Assembly: GCA_030390025.1 (NCBI GenBank)
Contig: CM059433.1
Span: 22,384,001-22,448,000 of the forward strand
Length of the DNA: 64,000 nt
Source: Squalus acanthias
Taxonomy: Eukaryota
Reading direction: 5' to 3'
The position numbers and the translations under genes are program-made. Below the pieces are notes generated by a model. It was not told the DNA's origin, searched no databases, and saw only the letters and a program-made list of their open reading frames with translations. Positions 22,725-34,672 of this stretch are shown here, one piece after another. How positions within the stretch are numbered: the first letter of the stretch is position 1; every line of letters starts with the position of its first letter.

Positions 22725-25240
22725 AGGCGAGAAATTGGGCTCGATAGCGTCTGTGTTTTGGGCACTATGAGTGCCGTTAGGGATCCAAAATGGTGTCTGC
22801 AGCACGCGCACACACATCTGCTGTGAAGCGCGCCAGGTTCCATCTTGATAAAGGTGTTATCGCGCGCGCAGTTAATGTCTGGTGGAAGTATGCAGAGCAG
22901 GTAGATCATGCTGTGCTGTAAGATTCTATGACCTAAAAATTGGATACGGCCCGAAAATAGGCAGTATCATGGCCCAGCACTTTTTGGCTGCGCCTGTTCA
23001 AAGTGGTCCAGGCAGCATGCCAAATTTACATGATTGTAGTGCTGATCTTAGCGTTAAACGTGCTGCTGATTCAACAGGTGGGCCAATATCGGGTGCAGTC
23101 TAATGGCCAGTAATGTTTGGTCTAGTCTTTCTCCACTACTTAAAAGGGAGATGCTTTGATGCAGCAGCACCTCATTGTCATTGGAGTTGGAGTTGGAATT
23201 GCAATTGCAATTGCAGTTGGAACACATGGCTCAGCACCAGCAAAGAGAACGAGCCAGAAGACTCTCCGATGTGGCGCTGGAGTCATTGGTACTGGCAGTG
23301 GAGGGGAGGCGGGCATCCTGTTCCCACAGGGTGGCAGGAAGCCATCAGCGTATACTTTGAGAAGGCTGTGGCAAGAGATAGCTGGAACGTCACCGGCAAC
23401 AGTACATGGATACAGTGCCGAAAGAAGTTTAATGACCTCACACGGCAGGTCAAGGTGAGTGAAGGCTTCAGCAAATGCCATATCCCACCATCTGCACCAC
23501 AAGTCTCACACAATGCTCAATGCACCACACCCCCATCACTCACCTACCAACAATCTCTACCGATCACCACTCAGACCTCACAATCATGGCTTCACTTCAC
23601 CCTCACAACCTTACCACTGCTGCAACACTCACACTCACATCTCACACCTTGCACACAATGACAGCTATTCAACTATGGCAGGCACATCACCCAAACACAT
23701 TGCACCACACTCACTGACACACTTCCCTTTCTCTTTCAGGCTAAGGTTGCAGCAGCAGACGGGAGGCGGCCAAATCGCTTTACAAGCCTTGAGCCAACTG
23801 GAGAAGACAATGCTCAATATAATTGAAGGGGAAGTTACCGAGGCCGTGGCAATGGGTGAGGTTGAAGCCCTTGGGGGCAATAGCGGTATGCTCATTCTTA
23901 ATCCTTCTTCTCACATCCCACTTCCCTCTCATCCCACAATCTCTTCTCACTTACAAGCTGCTGATGCTGTATGCACGGATATCTTGCTCCCCACCACCCC
24001 CTCCCCTCACCACAACCCGACTCTTGTGCCTGTCTGCTTTCAGATGACCAACATCTGCCACCCGCACAGCCTGACCTCGAAGTAATGGAGGAGAGTGGAG
24101 ATGAAGTAGAAGGCACACCGTCTCTGCATCTGACACTCGCCGACGTCAGCTCAGAAACTGGCACTGCGCGGAATTTAGAGGGTCGGATAGATGTGGGATC
24201 TGAACATGGATAGGCACCGGGCACGGGTGGGCTGCAGCAAGGCCAGGGGGAAAGGGTAGCTCGGGGTCCAGGATTGTTGTGCGGCGCGCGCAAATCCACG
24301 CGGGTGCAGTCAATGGCACTCTGCACCGTGGGGAAGCCCCCATGTGCACTCCACCTGCTGCTTCCTGCTCAGAGAGAAGACAATGTAGTCCCTTCTCCTG
24401 GTGTAGAGAGCCTCTGTGACCTCCCGGATGCAGCGATGGCTGGTGAACTGGGAGATGTTGGCTATGTCTCCTGTTGCAGACTGGAAGGATCCGCTGGTGA
24501 AGGAATTGACGGCCACGGTGACCTTGAGGGCCACTGGGAGAGCGGTGGTCACCCTGCTGTGAGGCTGCAGGTCTGGTTGCAGGAGGTGGCAAAGTTCTGT
24601 GAACACCTCCTTGCTGAAGCAGAGCTTCCTAATACACTGCTACTCACTGAAGTGAATATAAGGGAAGTGCTCTCTGAAGACCCTGGGTGGGTAAGACCTC
24701 CTGGCCCTCCTCGTCCTCCCTCTGCGATCATCTTCTCCTTTACTTCGCTGCCTCTGTTCCCTCTCCCGATGATGTCGAGTGCGAAGGGGACTGCAAGTAG
24801 AGCCCCCATGACTGTGAGCAAGTGTTGTGAGCAGAAGCTTTAAATAAGAATGAAGGTGTTCTCCACTTGCCCCAACACTCCCTGTCACCTTAGGAACTTG
24901 AAAGAAGTTTAGAAAGCTGCTGGAGTTGCAGAAAGTTCCACAGAGCCTTTCAAACTGAACAAACATGCCAGCTGCAAGTTGCTGCTGATGATCCCTTTAA
25001 ATAACGCTGCCCAAGGCTCCTTCCCGCTTGTGAACGCATGGTCAGCTGGTCGTAATTAACACAGGCTGGTACGTTCAGCGGCGAACTCCAGAATGGCAGA
25101 TTGGGCATCAGGTGAGCGTTGCACACTCACTGACATCACGATCTGCATAAGCTACATAGCCCTAGCGAGCACGGGCGTCGGCAGTGCTGCTGCCCAGCCG
25201 AAAATGGCGGCAGCCGCGGGGCTCGCCGCCAGCGGGCGGA
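22725..25240. mobile_element. Harbinger element with convergent Myb/SANT-like (+) and transposase (-) remnants
   Basis: Left TIR AGGCGAGAAATTGG. Myb-like from ATG 23227 (RERARRLSDVALESLV...W...WIQCRKKFNDL). Transposase on minus 24810-24265 (YPPRVFREHF...TELCHLLQPDL...GSFQ...GDIANISQ...AIDCT). Right TIR not found. Confidence 0.88.
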
Positions 25241-25310
25241 AGTGAGGCGGCCAATGTTCCCTGCAAGCTGCGCGGCCGCGTAGCGTTCCAGGGAACCCGC
25301 GCAACCCGCT
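25165..25310 (+). promoter_or_regulatory. CpG-rich patch with YY1, ETS and GC-box motifs; possible first exon 25204-25241
   Basis: AAAATGGCGGC, GGGCGG, CGGAAGTG; ATG 25204 reads MAAAAGLAASGR then AA/GTGAGG. It overlaps the Harbinger right arm. Confidence 0.3.
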
Positions 25311-26059
25311 TGCCTGCTTTTCAATGTAAAAACCGCACATCTAAATATGCCTGTCTCTTAGTTGATTTCAATTCCAATCATGGGGAGCTGCCCTTCAAAT
25401 TCACAATATGTATTCCTGGTGGGTGATCCATTTGGGGAATACATATTAATAAAATTAACTGTAACCTCCTGGTACAAAAGCAAAACCTCCTGGTCACCCT
25501 TTGTAGTGGAGAAGAATTATCTGGCATTGGCCCTAAATTTGTCTCTTTCTAGTTTGAAACTGTTTCATCTTGTTCTACGCTCACAGTTTAGTTTGAAGTA
25601 ATTTCTGTATCTACCTTTTCCATACCATTAAATAGTTCATATACTTCTACAAAGTTGCCACTCAGTGACTAAAAAGATAATAAACTCACGGAATAAGTTA
25701 CCAAGGAAGGTCATTAAACAGCATAAATGGATACAGGGTACAACTCGATAAGTTTCTCAGCAAAGAGGACTGAGAATATGAAAAGATAATTTAATGCAGG
25801 GAAGATTGGAAGAGATATGCCTGGTTATTAAAAGATAGAAGTCACCTGGAGGAGGCAACACAGTTGACTAGTTTTGTCACCCAATTTAACAATTTTGAGA
25901 GGCATAGGATAATTTGTGTTGTAAAGTGCCTTCCACTGTTTCATATGGATCTACTATTTTGTGTGATAGGTCTATTTTTCATATTATGATGTTTTACAGT
26001 GTTATAATGTGTGTGTGCTGTCTGGCATATAATTTGTTTAATGCTTTTATTATGATCTT

Positions 26060-26139
26060 TCATTTTGTATTGCACACTTCCAAGTTCTGTAGTTCATCCT
26101 CATTGTCCTCAAAAGGATTATAGGGGCTTTGAGATCTTC
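26060..26139 (-). other. Candidate terminal exon
   Basis: Weak acceptor TTCCCTAG; reads RSQSPYNPFEDNEDELQNLEVCNTK*; AATAAA follows the stop (26046-26051). Confidence 0.2.
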
Positions 26140-26488
26140 CTAGGGAATTTTGTAAAGCTCAGTTCTTGTATCAGCCACTAAGAGTCTGCAATATAAAGCT
26201 GACACGATTGTCAGTGGGGAAGACTTTGCAGCTCTATCTAATCCAGTGTGACTTTTTCCCATGGCCTTTCTTTTGACTTAAGTAAGCTTAAAGCAAATTT
26301 AAAGCAAAAACCTGGCAAGTATAATCATTGTGAACTCAGTTATGTCATCAGTTGCATTGTACTTTCAAATATATTGAAAGTGTTCTAGCCGTATGACAAT
26401 TCCTTGAAATCTATTCTATATAATGCAGAGCAGTGCTGTTTCATACTTAAAACTGTGAATAGTACACAGCAATGTTCATAGAGTCATA

Positions 26489-27380
26489 GGGGGAAAAATT
26501 CAGTTGGTTGCGCCTCCCGTTAGCGCCTTAAGAGGGCGCTAATGGGGCGCAAAGCATCTAGCGCCCAGGCGCGGCGAAGTTTGCGCCGCTCGCGAAATTA
26601 ACTAGACATTTTGCGGCGGCGCTAAACACTACCGCCACGATCTCCTGCGCCAGCAGATCGTGACATCAGTTGAGTGCACAACGCCCCGGTATCGCCCCAG
26701 AGCGGATATTGAGTGGCGCCCCCTGCCTTACCGCCTGACGCTAGCAACGACAGGTTGAGGGGAGCGTTCTGCAGTCATGAAGGGAAAGGGGGAGCGCTAT
26801 TTAAAGGTGACCGCTTCTGCCTTTTATTGTTGGTGCCATTTTTGAACTACGCATTCTGAGCGAGAGAGAGAGAGACTTCTGGAGAGATTCAACGTTGTGT
26901 GAAGGAGTTTTGGGTACTGAGCAGCACTTTGCAGGTTCATTTTGATTTGCCATTCCTTGTATCGATTTAGAAGAGACTGTGGGGGCTGCACTCTGAGCTC
27001 TTTGCCTGGTACTCTCCATTGATCTTTCCAGCAGATTTGATGTGCAGGTCTCTCCAGGCCGAGATTCAAGGCTGCAATGAGCAGGATGTGGATGGAAAGC
27101 AAGATTAACCATCCCCTTTAAGAACTGGCCTGTGTCATTGTGTGTGTGTTCCATTGTTGACTGACATTACATGAGCTTCGCCAGCGCTCTGAGGTAGCGC
27201 CTCGCTCCTCGGCCTTTGCGCCTTAAGACAGGTGTGAAGCGCCTGATTTAGCGCTCCAATCACCTCCAGGGGCGATAAAAGTCAAGTTTGCAGTCGGTGG
27301 CGATAATTAGCGCCAGGCGCTAATCTTTGCGCCCGGCTGATAATTGCGCCCCAAATGGGGCGATACTGAATTTCTCCCCC
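26489..27380 (+). mobile_element. Non-autonomous Harbinger, 892 bp (copy A)
   Basis: TIRs GGGGGAAAAATTCAGT / ACTGAATTTCTCCCCC; TSD ATA; inserted in the microsatellite tail of the adjacent minus-strand CR1. Confidence 0.93.
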
Positions 27381-28615
27381 ATAGTGTCATAAAGACACAG
27401 ATGGAGGCCATTTGGCCCATCGAGTCCATGCCGGCTCTTTGTAGAGCAATGCAGTCAGTCCCATTACCCCGCTCTATCCCCGTAGCCCTGCAAGTTTATT
27501 TCCTTCAAGTGCTTATCCAGTCTCCCCTTGAAAACATTGAGTGTCTCCACTTTCACCACTTCTATCGGCAGCAAATTCCACTCGCTGTGTTAAAAAGTTT
27601 TTCCTCACAACCCCCCTGTATCTCTTGCCCAAAACCTTAAATCTCTGTCCCCTAGTCCTTGTACCATCAACTAGTGGGAACAGCCTTTCCCCGTCTAGCC
27701 TATCCAAACCCGTCATAATCTTGTACACCTCTATCAAATCACCCCTCAACCTCCTTTGCTCTAATGAAAACAAATCCAGCTTCTCCAATCTGTCCTTGTA
27801 GCTAAGATCCCCCATCCCTGGAACCATTCTGGTAAATCTCCTCTGCACCCTCTCAAGGGCCTTCACATCCTTCCTGAAGTGTGGTGACCAGAACTGGATG
27901 CAATACTCCAGTTGTGGCCTAACCAGCGCTTTATAAAAGTTCAGCATAACTTCTCTACTTTTGTACTCAAGTTCTCTATTTATGAAGCCCAAGATCCCAT
28001 ATGCTTTGTTAACCACTCTCTCACTATGTCCTGCCACGTTCAGGGACCTATGCACATTAATTTCCAGGTCCCTCTGTCCCTGCACACTCTTTAAAACTGT
28101 GCCATTAAGTGTATATTGCCTCTCCCTGTTCCTTCTGCCAAAATGCATCACCTCACACTTCTCTGTATTAAATTCCATCTGCCACTTGTCTGCCCATTCT
28201 GCTAGCCTTTCTATGTCCTGTTGCAGTCGATTGATATCATCATCACTGTTTGCCACACCCCCAAGTTTGGTGTCATCGGCAAATTTAGAAATTCTACTTT
28301 GTATTCCAATATATATCAAAAAAAGCAGTGGCCCCAGCAGTGACCTTTGGGAACAACACTGTCTACCATCCTCCAGTCTGAAAAACAGCCATTTACCACA
28401 ACTTGCTGTTTTCTGTCCTTAAGCCAATTCCTTATCCAAGCTGCCACTGACCCACCTATTCCATGAGCCTCAATTTTGTTATCAGACTTCTATGTGGTAC
28501 TTTGTGAAACGCCTTCCTAAAATCCATGTAGAGAACATCCATTGCATTCCCTTCATCAATCCTCTCTGTTACTTCATCAAAAAATTCAATTAGTTTTCAA
28601 AAAATTCAATTAGAT
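27381..28615 (-). mobile_element. 5'-truncated CR1 (RT C-terminus and 3' end)
   Basis: ORF 27513..28319: ISKFADDTKLGG...LVRPQLEYC...RRLRGDLIEVYK. The tail remnant continues at 26476-26488. Confidence 0.92.
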
Positions 28616-28671
28616 TATGTTATGATGCATTGCAACGATAAATCATTTTATTCTGCAAAAAAATACATTCA

Positions 28672-28945
28672 TCTGGCAAAAGAACCAAAGGTGACGTAAG
28701 AAAAAACTTTTTTACGCAGCGAGTGGTTAGGATCTGGAATGCACTGTCTGAAAGGGTGGTGGAGGCGGACTCAATCACGGCTTTCAAAAGGGTGTTGGAT
28801 AAGTATCTGAAGGAAAGAAATTTACAGGGTTACGGGGAAAGGGCGGGGGAGTGGGACTAGCTGAAGTGCTCTTGCAGAGAGCCGGCACGGGCTCGACGGG
28901 CCGAATGGCCTTCTTCCGTGCTATAACCATTCTATGACTCTATCT
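28672..28945 (+). mobile_element. CR1 3' fragment
   Basis: Nearly identical to 19750-20030 and 61130-61377. Confidence 0.9.
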
Positions 28946-30313
28946 ATTGACAACCTCCATCCTCTCCTCAAAGCTTTAATTTAAAAGAAAATCACCCTCC
29001 TAAAGCTAGGCTGTATAAAATAACTGACCAAGATTTATATCTATTTTAGAAAAATAACTGGCTAATTTAAAAATCCTGTTGATGTTCAGCATGGTTTAGC
29101 TTCAGCAATCTGAAGGACGGAAAGTACATCTGTTTTGGGAATTTCATGCACAGTTCAGGTTTTGCGTTAATAGATTTCTGAATATTGGATTGAAATCATT
29201 AATTTCAATGGAAATTAAAATTACTTTGCAGAAATAGATTAGATTTTTACACAGAATCAATTTCACTGACTGAATAAAATGAACATGTACATTTTAGCTT
29301 TTAATATGTCATGCACAGAGACTGCCAAGGTCACAAATTCTCAAATTGATCTGACATTTCAGGTTTATAAACTTTGACCTTTTGCTTTTTATTACAAAGC
29401 CTTATTATATTGTCACAATTCATTTAACTTTCCACGGAAAAGCTAAATTGAACCAATTTTACATGGCTGTGTCAAGAGAGTTGTAAAAAAGACTATTAAA
29501 TCTATGTCCTATAGTAAAATATGACATTCAATGAAAAAAAGAAGAAATAATTTCACTGGGTTAACCTGGCTTAAAAGAAAATTCAGTAACAGCACTAGAG
29601 GTCAATACTTTATTAAAAATGAGTCTTTCAATTCCCATCACATATAAAAATTCTGCTGTATGTGATGCTGTGAAGTGATGGTGTGCAGAATCTTCTAATA
29701 GATATTTAAAGAAACCCGCTCAACAATTAATGCATGTTCATATCTAAAGTTAAGCAAAATATCCAAGTAGAAATACAGGATGACACTTTTATTGTTTTCC
29801 TCTCATAAATCATGCAGTTTGTAGAAGCATTGCAGGATATTTACTGAATTTTGAAACATTAATATTTTCAACGAACCTTGAGATTTTGTGGTTCAGTCAC
29901 ATTGGAGCCAATTTCCCCTTTGGGTGGTGGCAGAAAACTGGCAGTAGCAGATTGGTCACCGGTTGTATACCTTACTCGATTTTCCTTTCCATTGACTTTA
30001 ATGGAATACTGGTGTGGATGTGTTGGCGTGTGTAGATGAAGCTTCTTTAATTCCCATTTATAGTAAATGGGTTCATGCCTTTGCTAAAATAGTGGACAGA
30101 GGAATTTCATACAAGCGCATCGATGTGTTCATTCACAACATTGTACTCTGAGAGGTGTTTAGTGTTGCTGGACAACTTGGATGTAAATGGTACAACACAG
30201 CAGCACTTTCCACATTGGATTCCTAAAATACTACTTTCACGCTGAAGATATGGGGTGAGTCTTGCTCGACAGGAGTTTCGAATGGAAAATAAGAGCATGG
30301 AGCTCACAGCACC

Positions 30314-32047
30314 TGTAAAGTTTCGCAATTATCGCGATTCGAAATAACAAGATAGAAGCAGATTCGGTTGATCAGTTTATTTAAACGAAATGCTGTCATG
30401 ATATAAAGGATACAGAAGCCTGTAAAATGGCCGCCGCGCATCGTGGCAGAAGCTTCCAGAATACAGTGGGCAGACAAGATGGCGTCGAATATACATTTCA
30501 GTATAAGATTGGATCATACTCGATAAGCACTGATATAGACAGGATGCAACCTGTTTGCATTCGAAACAATAGCAAAAGATATGAGTGCTGGAATCGTTTT
30601 CCATGCACAAGTAAGGACCATTGTACTGGGCAATCGAAGGCCCATCCAGACACATCAATACACAAATACCCCCACGGCTCTACAATGAGAGAGCCATTCT
30701 CGGGTGATTAAACAAGTATTCGGGGGCCCCCAAAACCAGTCAGGGAGATGATTCATACGATCCTGGCTAGGCCAACAATGGGGAAAACATTAACGGGTAG
30801 TTGGCCAGTTTCAGGTGCTACCGAAACCCGTTAAAGACAAGAATCGCCCCATGCTGGGAGTTTTAAGCGCCAATATTTCACAAAGGACAAACATTAAGAT
30901 TTGAGCGGGAGATAAGGGGACACAGCACTATAACTATAGACAACAAATGTCCATTGCTCTCTTATTCGCTTGATTCGTGCTCTTATCTCTGCGGACTCTT
31001 GACTCGGGCTGAACTTTTATTCTCCTATTCTGATCCTCGGGTATCGCTCTGCTGGACGAGCAGCCTTCTGTGTTTTCTCTGGAGTCTGTTGACTCTGGAC
31101 TTTAGCCGCACTGGACGGTTATTCGAATGTTGGGTGGGGCTCAATTGGAACGAGTCGCCTCGACGAAGGCCAGTGACCGGGTGCACCATCCCGAGAGTCG
31201 GTAAATGGTGTTTGGACCCGAAGGCCCAACAAGACAAGACGAAATGACAAGAGAAGAAGAAGAATCCACGTGCCGCCGCGGTCAGTAAACCCTGACCGCG
31301 CCCGAAAATATACGACCCATTTCTTGAACTCTACAGGTTACTGCACGAACCGGTCAAAGACTCTTCTTTGAATTCTACCGACAACTGGTGTCGGTACAGG
31401 AAGACTTTTCTTTGAATTCTACAGCCGGGCCCGAGTGCTGTCGAGTTCTTCATGACAACGGGGAGCCCAGCCTGCTTGCCGCAGCAGCGAAGATAAACAA
31501 GTGGGGTACAGAGACCCCTCCAAACACGTGACAGTCAGGCGCTGCAGCGAAACGAGCCGAGTGCCTCACTTTAAAATTCTCCGAAGTATCACGAGTGGTG
31601 AGCATGTTTCCCGATCCTACAAATCTAGATGTAGTGTAGGTATTGATAAGGGAGGGTGGTTTTATTAAGGATAAAGTATAATGTGTTCCCCTTTTTACGA
31701 TGTGCCGTGCGTTCTTCATTACCATAGACCAAGCTTTATGAATGTATGTATACTTGTACTCTCGTTAATTTGCGCCTATGACATGTACTTCATGATTTTG
31801 GACGCTATGCAATAAAGATTTCCGTTTCGTGCTATTCTACCGGGTCTATTTGAGTTTTTCTCTGCATTACTGCTCTTGCACCTAAGACCAGTGTTAGAAC
31901 TGTAAGGGCGAGTGGGTCGAACCACTCACAGGTGCTTATTGTAACAAGGCTGGCCGGAGACCAGAGCAAGCAATAGTATTAGGCAACGAAGGCCTAACCT
32001 CGCACCAGCACCGTCTGCGATACAAGCACGCGACAAAACCCCTTACA
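30314..32047 (+). mobile_element. Solo LTR, 1734 bp
   Basis: TGTAA...TTACA inverted ends; TSD CACC at 30310-30313 and 32048-32051; AATAAA at 31811; visibly CpG-rich relative to the flanks. Confidence 0.82.
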
Positions 32048-33582
32048 CACCTGATTTGCAGCGCTCCTGATGTCCTGTGCATTAATGACCTGGTTCTCTG
32101 ATCTGCGCTTCTGTCAAGTGAGACTTCTCAACAGTACTCGAGACTCTGAACATTTTATCCCATAGTGCTCATGCAGTGAGCCCTTTAGAAACACAGAAAA
32201 TGGCAGATTGGCTAATTCAGATGAGCCCCTAATAACTGATGGTTTTAGTTCATCCATTGCCTCTGTATTGAAGCCTTGACTAAAAATTTGGTGTTCTGAT
32301 AACATTACAACAACTAATCACAGGGGAAGGTTTTCTTAATGTGCGATAATCTTTCCTCCTTATCACCAAAATTACCATTTTATATCTGGTAATTAACAAG
32401 TTGTACCATTACCACATAATGGCAAGTTACCACCTCGGTGTTCCTACAACATAAGGTAGGATTGAGAAGAAATCATTCAACCTATCAAGTTTGTTCCCTC
32501 ATTTAGGTTTATGTGCAGAACTTGATTTTGTAGTGCCAAGCTCTTACAATCATAGATATTATAGCACAGAGGGTATTCAGGCCATCGTGTTTGTACCGAT
32601 ACTATCCCATTTCTCTGTATCCTCTTGTCTTCTTCCTTCTCAAATTCCTTTTTAAATGATGTTACAGTTTCTGCCTCAGTAGCCATTTGTAGTAAAGCAT
32701 TCTATCGTCTGATGATCCTGTCCAGCCCATAAGCTATCTATTTTTTTCTTTTAAATCCTTCAAACCATAACTCCAGTGGCTGCGCAATGTAGCAGTGTAT
32801 TTCACAAGTTAACAGCTCTCTGGGAAGTCATCAGGGGTGATTCTGCGACCTGGACTTAAAATGATGGGCTGTGTGCCCACAAGCTCCCACTCTGCTCCCT
32901 GCTGTGGACGCCTGATCATGGGATCATCTCTATTGTTCCTTAAATTATGTTTAACTCAAGATTTCCTCAGCTTATAATTGTGTTCACTTTTCCTGGTTCA
33001 GTGCAAAGGACCCCTCCACCTCCACTCCTGTTTCTCTTCATGAGTTCAGAGATTGGGATTGTATTGCCCACCGACCCCCTTTTTTTTCCAAGTAGGACAG
33101 AGTTAGCCTGTTTACATGCCTCATTGATGAAAGGCTCTTCTGGGCTTTCTTCCGATCTCTTTCCAGTGCCCCCTTTTTTCACAAGTTTGGTGACTAATAC
33201 TGCATTTACCTCAGCGCTGTTGGCAATGGTAACTGTACAGTGTTTTACAATAGCTTAGGCAACGCTGCTGCTTCCAGAGGCCCATGAACCCATCCCATCT
33301 AAAGAGGTGGCCTCTCAGGAAAGACATTCTGGCAGCCAAAAGTGCTGACTGGTTCAGCCTACACATTCAAGCCAACAATGCATATTTTGCTTACTGGCCT
33401 CGCATATACCTTCCCCACTGAGGAAGGTGCAGCGACCAGAAGCAAAGTTAAAAACTGTGACTTTAAAAACAACTGTACGTGTGTAAGCTTGTGCTTGCAT
33501 GGTTGTGTTTTGTGGTGTCTTTTTTAAGTGATATGGATCAAGCCTGTGGCATAAATGAGATTCCATGGCACTGAGACCCTTG

Positions 33583-34469
33583 GGGGGAGAAATTCAGTAT
33601 CGCCCCATTTGGGGCGCAATTATCGGCCGGGCGCAAAGATTAGCGCCTGGCGCTAATTATCGCCACCGACTGCAAACTTGACTTTTATCGCCCCTGGAGG
33701 TGATTGGAGCATTAAATCAGGCGCTGCACACCTGTCTTAAGGCGCAAAGGCCGAGGAGCGAGGCGCTACCTCAGAGCGCTGGCGAAGCTCATGTGATGTC
33801 AGTCAGCAATGGAACACACACACAATGGCACGGACCAGTTCTTAAAGGGGATGGTTAATCTTGCTTTCCATCCACATCCTGTTCATTGCAGCTTTGAATC
33901 TCGGCCTGGAGAGACCTGCACATCAAATCTGCTGGAAAGAACAATGGAGAGTAGCAGGCAAAGAGCTCAGAGTGCAGCCCCCACAATCTCTTCTAAATCG
34001 ATACAAGGACTGGCAAATCAAAATGTACCTGCAAAGTGCTGCTCAGTACCAAAAGCTCCTTCACACAGCGTTGAATCTCTCCAGAAGTCTCTCTCTCTCA
34101 GAATGTGTGGTTCAAAAATGGCACCAACAATAAAAGGCAGGAAGCGGTCGCCTTTAAATAGTGCTCCCCCAGTCCCTTCATGACTGCAAAACGCTCCCCT
34201 CAACCTGTCGTTGCTAGCATCAGGCGGTAAGGCAGGGGGCGCCACTCAATATCCTCTCCGGGGCGATACCGGGGCGTTGCGCACTCGACTGACGTCACGA
34301 TCTGCCGGCGCAGGAGATCGTGGCGGTAGTGTTTAGCGCCGCCGCAAAATGTCTAGTTAATTTCGCGAGCGGCGCAAACATCGCCGCGCCTGGGCGCTAG
34401 ATGCTTTGCGCCCCATTAGCGCCCTCTTAAGGCGCTAACGGGAGGCGCAACCAACTGAATTTTTCCCCC
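33583..34469 (-). mobile_element. Non-autonomous Harbinger, 887 bp (copy B, inverted relative to copy A)
   Basis: Reverse complement of 26489-27380 with scattered differences; its own TSD TTG (33580-33582, 34470-34472). Confidence 0.93.
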
Positions 34470-34499
34470 TTGGACTATTACAGAAGCATTTCTTTAATT

Positions 34500-34672
34500 A
34501 GTTAGAATGATACAGCCCAGAAGGAGACCATTCAGCCCATCGTGCCTGTGACGCCTCTTTGAAAGAGCTATCCAATTATTCCAACTCTCCTGCAATATAT
34601 TCAGTTCCCTTTTGAAAGTTACTATTAAATCTGCTTCCACTACACTTTCATGCAGTGCATTCCAGATCATAA
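34500..34672 (-). mobile_element. CR1 3' fragment
   Basis: Reverse-complement similarity to 10380-10590. Confidence 0.7.

Noticed and set aside
26801..27154. 117/124-aa ORF open in both MITE copies
   Set aside because: Shared openness follows from near-identity of the copies. It appears to join a Myb start to unrelated antisense sequence and has no recognisable domain.
32947..33258. Opposing 103-aa and 71-aa ORFs
   Set aside because: No recognisable homology and no convincing pair of splice sites.
26489..34469. Past inversion or a single giant element bounded by the inverted 890-bp repeats
   Set aside because: Each copy has its own matching TSD (ATA/ATA, TTG/TTG), so the flanks were not exchanged.
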